This document shows, in pieces, positions 10,127-18,718 of a DNA stretch of 64,000 nucleotides. The translations under genes were made by a program, and so were the position numbers. Where the stretch lies: the NCBI GenBank assembly GCA_947486375.1, contig CANKTP010000001.1, forward strand, positions 17,118 to 81,117, in the 5' to 3' direction. Origin of the DNA: Candidatus Hydrogenedentota bacterium. GTDB lineage: Bacteria > Hydrogenedentota > Hydrogenedentia > Hydrogenedentales > GCA-2746185. The notes under the pieces are model-generated. The model ran no database searches, was not told where the DNA came from, and worked only from the letters and a program-made list of their open reading frames with translations. How positions within the stretch are numbered: the first letter of the stretch is position 1; every line of letters starts with the position of its first letter.

Positions 10127-11943
10127 GGGGTCTCCGGTGCGCGTCCTTTCGGGGGCTCGACCGCCTCGGGCTGCGTTTCGACGGGCGCTACTTCCTCGGG
10201 CGATATGCGCTCTTTTGCGTGGCCGGGGAATAGGCCCGCCGCCGCATTCTCCCCGCGGGGATCCGGGGCGCCATAAAATCCGTCATCGCCCACGAGAATG
10301 CAATTGGCCTGGCCGATGTGGCCCGCTGGCTCGTCCAACACATGCCCCATTGCCGCCAACGCCTCGGCCACGTCCTTGGGGAAGGCGCGATCCTCGTGGA
10401 TAACGGTGTCCGGAAGCCACTGGGAATGATGCCTGGGCGCGTCCACCGCTTCTTGTATGTCCATGCCGAAGACAATGGCGTTCAGGAGTACTTGGAGCAC
10501 GGTCGTGATGATGGTCGATCCTCCGGGCGATCCCGCGATGATCCATGGCTTGCCATCCTTGAGCACGATGGTGGGGGACATCGAACTCAACATGCGCTTG
10601 CCGGGCCCGATTGCGTTCGCCTCGCTTCCCACCAAGCCGAATAGGTTGGGTACGCCCGGCTTGACGGAAAAATCGTCCATCTCGTTATTGAGCAGGAAGC
10701 CAGCCCCATCGACCACAATGCCCGAGCCGTAACTGGCGTTAAGCGTGGTGGTGACCGCGACCGCGTTGCCTTCCTTGTCCGCCACCGAGTAGTGGGTGGT
10801 CTCCGTGTTTTCCGCGGCCGGGGGATCGCCCGCCCGGACCTCCGCGCTGGGAGTGGCCCTCGTCATCGATATGTCCCCGGCCCTGGAGAGCGCGTATTCG
10901 CGCGACGCCAAGCCTGCGACCGGCACTTTCCATGAGTCGGGATCTCCCAAGTGTTCGGCGCGGTCGGCGAATGCGCGGCGCTCGACCTCGGTGAGCAGGT
11001 GGACATAGGCGGAACCGTTCCAGCCCATGTCCTCGAGGGGCCGGTCGGAAAGCATGTTGAGCAGGTGGATCAACATGACGCCGCCCGAGCTTGGCGGGCC
11101 CATCGAGAGTATTTCGTGCCCCCTGAACTCGCCGGCGACCGGTTCCCGGTAGACGGATTCATATGCATCGAGATCCGCCTCCGTGATGAGACCTTCCCTC
11201 GATCGCATCTGGCGTGCGATCATCGCCGCGACGGGGCCCCCATAGAACCCGTTGCGACCCCCGCTGGAAATCCGCCGGAGCGTCTTGGCCAGGTCTTCCT
11301 GCACGAATTGATCGCCTGCTTCCCAGAGGCGCCCGTCAGCCCGGACGAATATTTTCGCCGCGCCGGGGTCGGCGGTGAAAAAGTCCTTGTGTTCGTTCAG
11401 GTCGGCGGCGAGCCCGCGCGACAAGGGAATGCCCGAACGCGCCAGCTTGATTGCGGCGGCGAATAGCTGTGGGCGCGTGATTTTCCCGGAGCCGTGGTCC
11501 TCCCAGGCCTTCAGGAGGCCGTCCACCGTTCCCGGTACTCCCGAGGCCAGGTGCGATCGAAGCGACAAGCCTTCCCTGACCTGTTGGTCCTTGTCGAGGA
11601 ACATGTCCTTGTGCGCGGCTGCCGGTGCTTTCTCGCGGAAGTCAAGCGTAAATGCCTTGCCATTGGCGAGCCGGGCCACGAGGAACCCTCCGCCGCCAAG
11701 ATTGCCCGCCTGGGGGTGTGTCACGGCAAGGACGAAGCCCGTCGCCACGGCCGCATCGATGGCGTTGCCCCCCTCGCGGAGAATCTCGATGCCGGCCTCG
11801 GAGGCCGCTCTCGAGGCGGACACGATCATGCCGTCCGGCGCGTACACGGGGTCGGGACTGGCCGCGAGCGCCGCGCGGCTCGAGAGCGCGGCAAGAAGTA
11901 CCGGGACGATCACGCCCCATGAGAAGCGATTCAACAACGTCAT
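10123..11943 (-). CDS. ggt: Gamma-glutamyltranspeptidase (secreted)
   Basis: The catalytic-threonine block 'TTHYSVADKEGNAVAVTTTLN' is present, along with 'GSPGGSTIITTVLQ' and 'GGGGFLV'. The track ORF extends to 12201. The start was moved to the internal ATG at 11943, which has GGGAGA about 8 nt upstream and gives the signal peptide 'MTLLNRFSWGVIVPVLLAALSSRAALAA'. Confidence 0.85.
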   Translation of the reverse strand: MTLLNRFSWGVIVPVLLAALSSRAALAASPDPVYAPDGMIVSASRAASEAGIEILREGGNAIDAAVATGFVLAVTHPQAGNLGGGGFLVARLANGKAFTLDFREKAPAAAHKDMFLDKDQQVREGLSLRSHLASGVPGTVDGLLKAWEDHGSGKITRPQLFAAAIKLARSGIPLSRGLAADLNEHKDFFTADPGAAKIFVRADGRLWEAGDQFVQEDLAKTLRRISSGGRNGFYGGPVAAMIARQMRSREGLITEADLDAYESVYREPVAGEFRGHEILSMGPPSSGGVMLIHLLNMLSDRPLEDMGWNGSAYVHLLTEVERRAFADRAEHLGDPDSWKVPVAGLASREYALSRAGDISMTRATPSAEVRAGDPPAAENTETTHYSVADKEGNAVAVTTTLNASYGSGIVVDGAGFLLNNEMDDFSVKPGVPNLFGLVGSEANAIGPGKRMLSSMSPTIVLKDGKPWIIAGSPGGSTIITTVLQVLLNAIVFGMDIQEAVDAPRHHSQWLPDTVIHEDRAFPKDVAEALAAMGHVLDEPAGHIGQANCILVGDDGFYGAPDPRGENAAAGLFPGHAKERISPEEVAPVETQPEAVEPPKGRAPETP

Positions 11944-12221
11944 CCGCACGATCTCCCATTGCCCATCGTCCGGTCGATTGTGGCAGACCGGAAGGGATTT
12001 GTCCACGCCCCGCACGGTCCCGCCCGGGGCGGTACCACGGCCATCGCCGCCAATCGGCATCGCCTTGGCGAGCCGAGCAGCGTTAATGTACACTATCGAT
12101 GTCTCGGGGAATAACCGCTGGCGGCATTCCAGCGCGATGCAAGGTGTCCATGATGTGTTACGCGCGCGCTCCGATACGTTGCTCTTGGCGGCGTTGCCCA
12201 ACCCCCCGCTCGTTCGTCCCT

Positions 12222-13583
12222 TTGCCCATTATCCGTGCGTCCCTGTGGATACTGTGCCTGGCCGCTCCCGCCCCTGCCGGCACGCTTGTCGAGAACACTA
12301 CCCTCGACCATGACGGGCTTGTGCGCTATTTCGATTATTACGTGCCGTCTTCGTTGCCGAATGCGCCCGTCCCGCTCGTATTCGTCCTTCACGGCGGCAC
12401 CCAGAGCAACAAGGACATGCTTCTGTTGCGCTCGACATGGGCGCAATGGCCGATCATTGCCGACCGCGAAAAGTTCATCCTCGTCCTACCCAACGGCACC
12501 ACCGAGGCCACGGGTCTTTCCGGTCCCACCGGCGACTTCACTTGGAACGATTGCCGGGGCGATGGGATCAACACGACGGCCGACGACGCCGGATTCATTG
12601 CGGCGTTGATTGAGTGGGCGGAATCGGATTTTGCAATCGACCCGCAACGAATCTATTCGACCGGCGCCTCGAACGGGGGGATGATGTCCTTCCGGCTGGC
12701 GCTGGAGTACTCGAACCGAATTGCCGCAATCGCGGCCGTGGTGGCGAACCTTGCGGTCGACAGCGACTGCTCGGAGGACCAGCCGGCGCACCCGATCTCC
12801 GTCCTCATCATGAACGGCACCATGGACACATGGGTGCCGTGGAACGGGGGCCAAGTGATCGGAAACAGGGGCACGGTGATGTCGGCCCACGCGACGCGGG
12901 ATGCCTGGCGATCTATCCTGGGAACTTCCGAAACTCCCGTCCATACCGATTTCCCGGATTTCAATTCGACCGACAATTCGACCGCCGCGCTCGACCGTTA
13001 TTTCGGTGGCGCGGAGGAGACCGAGCTGCTCTTCCATACCATCTCGGGCGGCGGTCACAACATCCCGAGTCTCTCGCGTTACATCGGCGCCTTTGCGGAG
13101 TCCCTCGTCGGCAAGCAGAATCGCGACATCGAGGCCACAGATATCATGTGGACATTCTTCGAGGGGCATACCTTGGACGAAAGCGGGGAGGGAGAGGGGG
13201 AAGGTGAGGGCGGGGATCCGCCCCGTCCCACGTTTTTTCTATACGAAGAAGGCGACCGATTCGAGCGGACGATTCCGGATCCCGTGGACGTCGAACAGCC
13301 GATCCGTTGGTATCGCGACGGGATTGAGCTGGAAGATGGGGGGGCGATACACGGCGCGAACAGCGCCACATGCGTGATCGATCCGTTGACGGCCATTGTC
13401 GATTCGGGAACGTATCACGCCACCTACGACAATGGGTCGAAGACCGGCGCCCTCTATGGCCCTCTCGTGATCATCGTGGTCGAGGCAGGCGAGCTTCCGT
13501 TGGACGGGCTGTCCGTCGCGGCGGCGCTCGCGGGACTCCTATCCTCCCTCGGCGTGCGGGTTTTGGTTCGGCCCCGGCAATAA
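12222..13583 (+). CDS. Secreted alpha/beta-hydrolase esterase (PHB-depolymerase/LpqC-like). It has a GEGEGEGEG linker, a C-terminal Ig-like domain and a hydrophobic + basic C-terminal tail.
   Basis: The oxyanion/nucleophile context is 'LVFVLHGGTQS' ... 'YSTGASNGGMM'. The start is uncertain: the track ORF begins at 12099, and a TTG at 12222 would give the signal-like 'MPIIRASLWILCLAAPAPA'. The C-terminus reads 'WYRDG...TYHATYDNG' (Ig-like), then 'LPLDGLSVAAALAGLLSSLGVRVLVRPRQ'. Confidence 0.6.
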   Translation: MPIIRASLWILCLAAPAPAGTLVENTTLDHDGLVRYFDYYVPSSLPNAPVPLVFVLHGGTQSNKDMLLLRSTWAQWPIIADREKFILVLPNGTTEATGLSGPTGDFTWNDCRGDGINTTADDAGFIAALIEWAESDFAIDPQRIYSTGASNGGMMSFRLALEYSNRIAAIAAVVANLAVDSDCSEDQPAHPISVLIMNGTMDTWVPWNGGQVIGNRGTVMSAHATRDAWRSILGTSETPVHTDFPDFNSTDNSTAALDRYFGGAEETELLFHTISGGGHNIPSLSRYIGAFAESLVGKQNRDIEATDIMWTFFEGHTLDESGEGEGEGEGGDPPRPTFFLYEEGDRFERTIPDPVDVEQPIRWYRDGIELEDGGAIHGANSATCVIDPLTAIVDSGTYHATYDNGSKTGALYGPLVIIVVEAGELPLDGLSVAAALAGLLSSLGVRVLVRPRQ

Positions 13584-13878
13584 GCCCGAGGCATCTCCCC
13601 TCCATCGGCCTTGGTTCTGGTTCAATACCCCGATCGGGCCTCCACCTTCCTGGGCCAAGCCTGCCGTCAAAATCGGAAGGCGGGAATGTCGCGGATCTAA
13701 CGGATGCGCCGATCGCATCGACCGGCATACCCGGAATTTGCCAAAGACGCTTCGTCACGGGCAATGCGTCTCCGTTTCGCAGCACGCTTGAGGCAGGGGC
13801 ATTTCGCGGTTATGCTATGCGGTCTTGAAGAGCCGGTTCAGGGCAAATCACGCGGGTTAACCAAGGAGCGAAGCGGGA

Positions 13879-14667
13879 ATGAGCGCATCGATAAGTTTGA
13901 AGGGCAAGGTCGCCATCGTTACGGGCGGCGGGCGGGGCATCGGCAAGTCGATCGTGAAGAAGTTCGTCGAGGCGGGGGCGGACGTCGTCATTGCGAGCCG
14001 CAAGATGGAGAATCTCGAGGCCACGGCGAGGGAATTCGCGGATCTTGGCGGGCGCATCCATCCCGTGGCCTGCCACGTGGGCCAGGCCGACCAGTTGGAG
14101 AACCTCGTCAAGGAGGCCGAGAAGGCCTTCGGGCCGGTCGACATCGTGGTCAACAACAGCGCGACGAACATCGGCCAGGGGCCCTGCCTGAGCGTCACGG
14201 ACGACATGGTCGACAAGATGGTCGACATCAACGTGAAGTCGGCCATGCGGCTGATCAATCTCACGGTGCCCAAGATGATCGAGCGGAAGTCCGGCGGATC
14301 GATCATCAACATCGTCTCGATCGCCGGGTTGCGTCCGCAATTCCAGGGACTGCTCTACAGCTTCACCAAGGCCGGGCTCATCATGATGACGAAAAGCTAC
14401 GCGCAGGAACTGGGCCAGCACAATGTGCGCGTGAACGCCATCGCGCCCGGCCTCATCAAGACGGACTTTAGTTCCTTCTTCTGGAAAAACGAAGATCGCG
14501 TCGAATCCGTTCACCACAGCCAGCCAATTCCGCGCATCGGCGATCCGGACGAGATTGGCTTCGCGGCCTTGTATCTTGCCTCGGACGAATCGAGTTACAT
14601 GACAGGCGAGATCATGGTCATCGACGGCGGCGCGCTCTACTCGAAACCCGGCGGCGGCACGATCTAG
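13879..14667 (+). CDS. Short-chain dehydrogenase/reductase (SDR) family oxidoreductase
   Basis: The Rossmann motif '[15 protein letters not shown]' is present with the 'NNSA' motif. The catalytic 'YSFTKAG' Y-x3-K and 'IAPGLIKTD' are present. AAGGAG lies upstream of the ATG. Confidence 0.85.
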   Translation: MSASISLKGKVAIVTGGGRGIGKSIVKKFVEAGADVVIASRKMENLEATAREFADLGGRIHPVACHVGQADQLENLVKEAEKAFGPVDIVVNNSATNIGQGPCLSVTDDMVDKMVDINVKSAMRLINLTVPKMIERKSGGSIINIVSIAGLRPQFQGLLYSFTKAGLIMMTKSYAQELGQHNVRVNAIAPGLIKTDFSSFFWKNEDRVESVHHSQPIPRIGDPDEIGFAALYLASDESSYMTGEIMVIDGGALYSKPGGGTI

Positions 14668-14696
14668 CGGGCATCCCCGGCCGGCAAGACGGACAC

Positions 14697-16103
14697 ATGC
14701 GAATGGCAAACGATCCCTACACCCCGGCGGGTTTGGCGCATCTCGACAAGGACCGCCTGATCCATCCGTTCACGTCGATTGCGCGACACCAAGCAACCGG
14801 GCCCTTCATCGTGGAGAGCGCGCGCGGAATTCGGTTGCGCGGCGCGGACGGTCGCGAATACATCGACGGCATGGCCGGGCTGTGGTGCGTCAATTGCGGA
14901 TACGGGCGCGAGGAGATGGCCACGGCCATCGAGGCGCAAGTCCGGCGGCTCTCGTACTATCACTCTTTCCTACAAACCTCGACCGAGCCGGTCATCCGCG
15001 TGGCCGAACGCCTGGGCGCGATCGCTCCGGGCAACCTGAACAAGATATTCTTCGGGAACTCGGGGTCCGACGCGAACGACACGAACGTCAAGCTGGTCTG
15101 GTACTACAACAATCTCCGTGGCAAGATGCGCAAGAAGAAGATTATCGCGCGGAAAAAGGCCTACCACGGCGTCACGATCGTCGCATCGAGCCTGTCCGGC
15201 CTGCCAAACCTGCATGCCTCGTTCGACGTGCCCCTCGATCGCTTTCTCCATGTCTCGACGCCGCACCACTACTGGGAAGCGCCCGCGGGCATGTCCGAGC
15301 GCGACTACTCCGCCACGCTCGCCACCGAATTGGACGAAACCATCCAGCGCGAGGATCCGGAGACGGTCGCCGCGTTTATCGCCGAGCCGGTCATGGGCGC
15401 GGGCGGCGTGCTAGTCCCGCCCGAGGGGTATTTCGATGCGATCGTCCCGGTGCTCAAGAAGCACGATGTCCTCTTCATCGACGACGAGGTCATTTGCGGT
15501 TTCGGCCGCCTGGGCACTCCCTTCGGCGCGCAGAAATTCGGTTTCCAGCCCGACATGATGACTGTCGCCAAAGGCCTCACCTGCGGCTATGTCCCCATGT
15601 CCGCCAGCATTATTTCGGATGACATCTGGGCCGTGCTGCGCGAGGCTTCGCCCAAGGCCGGCCCTTTCGCGCACGGATTCACCTACTCGGGGCATCCCGT
15701 GGCCGCCGCAGCCGCCCTGTGCAGCCTCGATCTCATGGAGAAGGACGGCTGGGTGGCGAACGCGGAATCCACCGGGGCCTACATGCAGCAGCGATTGCGC
15801 GAGAGTTTCTCGGGACATCCGATCGTCGGCGAGGTGCGGGGAATGGGACTCATCGCAGGCATCGAACTTGTCGCCAGTAAGGAAGCGAGGAAGCCCTTCC
15901 CATTGGACCTCGGCATCGCGATGCGCCTGCACTACCTTCTCAAGGAGGAGGGCCTCATCAGCCGCGCCATGATGAACACCATGGCCCTGTCGCCCCCGCT
16001 GATCATCACACCGGCGGAAGTCGACGAGGTGATCGCGCGCTTCGCGCGTGGCCTCGACAAACTCACGAATGAGCTTTCCCGCGAGGGAGCGATTCAGGAT
16101 TGA
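14697..16103 (+). CDS. Class-III (omega) aminotransferase, PLP-dependent
   Basis: 'GLWCVNCGYGREEM' and 'FGNSGSDANDTNVKL' are present. The PLP lysine region is 'IDDEVICGFGRLGTPFG...MMTVAKGLT'. Confidence 0.8.
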   Translation: MRMANDPYTPAGLAHLDKDRLIHPFTSIARHQATGPFIVESARGIRLRGADGREYIDGMAGLWCVNCGYGREEMATAIEAQVRRLSYYHSFLQTSTEPVIRVAERLGAIAPGNLNKIFFGNSGSDANDTNVKLVWYYNNLRGKMRKKKIIARKKAYHGVTIVASSLSGLPNLHASFDVPLDRFLHVSTPHHYWEAPAGMSERDYSATLATELDETIQREDPETVAAFIAEPVMGAGGVLVPPEGYFDAIVPVLKKHDVLFIDDEVICGFGRLGTPFGAQKFGFQPDMMTVAKGLTCGYVPMSASIISDDIWAVLREASPKAGPFAHGFTYSGHPVAAAAALCSLDLMEKDGWVANAESTGAYMQQRLRESFSGHPIVGEVRGMGLIAGIELVASKEARKPFPLDLGIAMRLHYLLKEEGLISRAMMNTMALSPPLIITPAEVDEVIARFARGLDKLTNELSREGAIQD

Positions 16104-16122
16104 ACCCACGGAGGGATATTTC

Positions 16123-17421
16123 ATGTCCCAAGAACTGACGCGGCGCGGCTTCGTCAAGGCAGGCGCCGCCGTTGCGGCGTTGACCGCCATGTCGAACAGG
16201 CGCGTTCATGGCGCGAACGAACGGATCCGGGTCGCCTTCTTTGGTGTCGGCAATCGCGGCGGCCAGCTCATCGATGCCGCCCTGCCCAACGAGGACATGG
16301 AGATCGCCGCCCTCTGCGACGTGTATCGCCCATACCTAGAGAAATGGAAGGCGAAGCTCGGCGGCGCGCCCTCGATCCACAAGGACTTCCGCGAGATTCT
16401 CGACCGCGCAGACATTGATGCCGTGTTTGTCGCCACCCCCGACCATTGGCATGCAATCCAGGCTGTCATGGCTTGCGATGCCGGCAAGCATGTCTACGTC
16501 GAAAAGCCGCTCAGCCTTACCGTTTTCGAGGGGCGCAAGATGGTCGAGGCGGCGCGCAGGAACAACCGCGTCGTGCAGGTGGGAGTACAACGCCGCGCCT
16601 CCGCCATGCACCGCGACCTGGGCGAGTTCGTGCGCGGCGGCGGTATCGGCAAGGTCACCATCGCCAGCGCCCACAGGCTGAATAACATGGCCCCGGACGG
16701 AATCGGCAAATTGAAAGACTCCGCGCCGCCCGCCGAACTCGACTGGGACCTGTGGCTCGGCCCGCGGGCCGAGCGGCCGTTCCGCGAGAACATCGCGCCG
16801 TACAAATTCCGCTGGTGGCAGGACTATTCCTCCCAGCTCGGAAATTGGGGCGTGCATTACTTCGACACGATTCGCTGGCTCTTGGGCGAGGAAGCGCCCG
16901 TATCGGTCTCCGCGCACGGCGGCAAATTCGCCGTCGACGACGACCGCACGATCCCCGACACCTTGCACGCGACCTACGAATTCGCCTCCGGGCGCCTCCT
17001 GCTTTTCTCGCAGTTCGAGGCCAGCGGCGTACCCATTTTTCCGCACGGTGCCGAAATCGAGTTGCGCGGCACAAATGGCATTGTCTATGCTGGCCAAGAC
17101 GAATATCGGCTCATCGCCGAAGAAGGAGGCCAGTTCCAGGATCCCGCGCCCCGCCTTGAATCCAAGCATGCGAAGTCCACCGACGGCGACCTTACGAGAC
17201 AACACATCCGCAACTTCCTTGACTGCGTCAAGTCGGGCGATCGTCCTGCTGCCGACGTCGAGGACGGCCATCGTTCGACCACCTTCGCGCACCTCGGTAA
17301 CATCGCCCTGGCCACCCGGTCCCGCATCGAGTGGGACCCGAAGGCCGAGCGCATCACGAATAACGAATCGGCGAACGCGCTGTTACACTATGCGTACCGG
17401 AACCCTTGGACCCTGGGCTGA
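16123..17421 (+). CDS. Gfo/Idh/MocA-family NAD(P)-dependent oxidoreductase with a twin-arginine (Tat) signal peptide
   Basis: An internal ATG at 16123 is preceded by GGAGGGA. The N-terminus 'MSQELTRRGFVKAGAAVAALTAMS' is a canonical Tat motif. 'RVAFFGVGNRGG' is the Rossmann region and 'ATPDHWHA' is present. Confidence 0.8.
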   Translation: MSQELTRRGFVKAGAAVAALTAMSNRRVHGANERIRVAFFGVGNRGGQLIDAALPNEDMEIAALCDVYRPYLEKWKAKLGGAPSIHKDFREILDRADIDAVFVATPDHWHAIQAVMACDAGKHVYVEKPLSLTVFEGRKMVEAARRNNRVVQVGVQRRASAMHRDLGEFVRGGGIGKVTIASAHRLNNMAPDGIGKLKDSAPPAELDWDLWLGPRAERPFRENIAPYKFRWWQDYSSQLGNWGVHYFDTIRWLLGEEAPVSVSAHGGKFAVDDDRTIPDTLHATYEFASGRLLLFSQFEASGVPIFPHGAEIELRGTNGIVYAGQDEYRLIAEEGGQFQDPAPRLESKHAKSTDGDLTRQHIRNFLDCVKSGDRPAADVEDGHRSTTFAHLGNIALATRSRIEWDPKAERITNNESANALLHYAYRNPWTLG

Positions 17422-17468
17422 TTGGGCCGCCCGGGAATCGCGCCGAACCTCGACGGGAGTATCGCGAC

Positions 17469-18614
17469 ATGAAGCAGTATCGAACGATGATTTGGGCGCC
17501 GCTGGCCGTGATGCTGTCCGTATTGCCGGTTTACGCGGACGATCTGCCGAACCCCGAAGAAATGGGGCCCTATCCGGTGGGTGTTACCACGGTCCTCCTC
17601 GAGGATCACAGCCGGATCGATGCCCTGACCAAGGGACCCCGCCCGCTCATGACGGAGATTTGGTATCCCGCCACGGATGACACTCGCGGCATGCCAAAGA
17701 ACAAGATGTCGGATTTCTATCTCAAGGGGACGCATCAAGGCCTGGCCACCGCGCTCAAGATGGCCTTCAAAGTCGACCTGATGGAGCTCGACAAGACATT
17801 CGAGAACGAGTCGGTCCGCGACGCGCGGGTGCGCGATGGCGTGTTTCCCTTGGTATTGTTCTCGCACGGCAACGGCGGGATGCGCATGCAGAACGCGTTC
17901 TGGTGCGATCACATTGCCAGCCACGGCTATATCGTCGTCGCGCCCGACCACACCGGAAATGCGTCGGTGACGACCATCGACGGGAAGCTCATCCCCATGA
18001 ACCCCGCCCAGCGCGAAGCCTCCTCCGCCGATAGGCCCAAGGACATGAGCTTCCTGATCGACGTCATGACCCGCTGGAACGCGGGGGCTGACAGCCGCTT
18101 TCTCGGGAAGTTCGATATCGAGCACATCGCCATGTCCGGGCATTCCTTCGGCGGATACACCTCGACCAAGGTCGCGGATGTCGATCCCCGGGTCGATTGC
18201 ATCATCCCAATGGCGGCCGTCGGGATCGGGAGAGTCAATTATGCCGTCCCCGCGCTAATCATCATCGCCACCGAGGACGACACCATCGGTGTCGCGGGCA
18301 ACGCCAAGATGCGCGAGTACTACGAACAATCCACGGGCCCGAGGGTCCTCCTCGAATTCAAGAATGCGGGCCACTTTTCCTTCACCGAGATGTTCCAGTT
18401 CATACCCGATTTTGGCGACGGCGTGGGAAAAGGCAAACGTACCTCGAACGGCGAGGAGATTTCCTACGTACCCAAGAAGACGGTCTATCGCTATACCAAC
18501 GGGTTCAGTACCGCGTTTCTGGGAAAGTATCTGAAGGGCATGGACGGATACGATGGGTATTTGGCGAAGAACCCCGACCCCTCGGAACTTATCCACGATG
18601 CCAAACTTCCCTAA
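17469..18614 (+). CDS. Secreted alpha/beta hydrolase (PAF-acetylhydrolase/lipase-like)
   Basis: An ATG at 17469 is preceded by GGGAG. The signal peptide is 'MKQYRTMIWAPLAVMLSVLPVYA'. 'VLFSHGNGG' and the nucleophile elbow 'MSGHSFGGYT' are present. Confidence 0.65.
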   Translation: MKQYRTMIWAPLAVMLSVLPVYADDLPNPEEMGPYPVGVTTVLLEDHSRIDALTKGPRPLMTEIWYPATDDTRGMPKNKMSDFYLKGTHQGLATALKMAFKVDLMELDKTFENESVRDARVRDGVFPLVLFSHGNGGMRMQNAFWCDHIASHGYIVVAPDHTGNASVTTIDGKLIPMNPAQREASSADRPKDMSFLIDVMTRWNAGADSRFLGKFDIEHIAMSGHSFGGYTSTKVADVDPRVDCIIPMAAVGIGRVNYAVPALIIIATEDDTIGVAGNAKMREYYEQSTGPRVLLEFKNAGHFSFTEMFQFIPDFGDGVGKGKRTSNGEEISYVPKKTVYRYTNGFSTAFLGKYLKGMDGYDGYLAKNPDPSELIHDAKLP

Positions 18615-18660
18615 CTATCTATGCCTCAAGGAATTGCAGGGAGTAGATTGTTTACGGCAC

Positions 18661-18689
18661 TTGACTAATTTTCGAATAGTGTCTATCCT
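18661..18689 (+). promoter_or_regulatory. Near-consensus sigma70-type promoter (TTGACT-17 nt-TATCCT) upstream of the coiled-coil/MshEN gene
   Basis: TTGACT at about 18661-18666, a 17-nt spacer, and TATCCT at about 18684-18689. It sits in a 104-nt intergenic gap. Confidence 0.4.
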
Positions 18690-18718
18690 TAGCACGGCAA
18701 TAGCGGCGTGAAACCTCC

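Noticed and set aside
11944-12201. Upstream extension of ggt (to 12201), and the N-terminal ~40 codons of the esterase ORF (from 12099)
   Set aside because: The extensions encode no signal peptide and overlap each other divergently. The internal starts (11943 and 12222) give proper signal peptides and leave a sensible divergent promoter region.
13584-13878. 295-nt intergenic region upstream of the SDR gene, checked for a tRNA, riboswitch or small RNA
   Set aside because: No cloverleaf-compatible sequence or known riboswitch motif is recognisable by eye. Only a weak TTGAGG-17-TATGCT promoter-like pair (about 13788-13816) is present, which is too weak to list as a feature.
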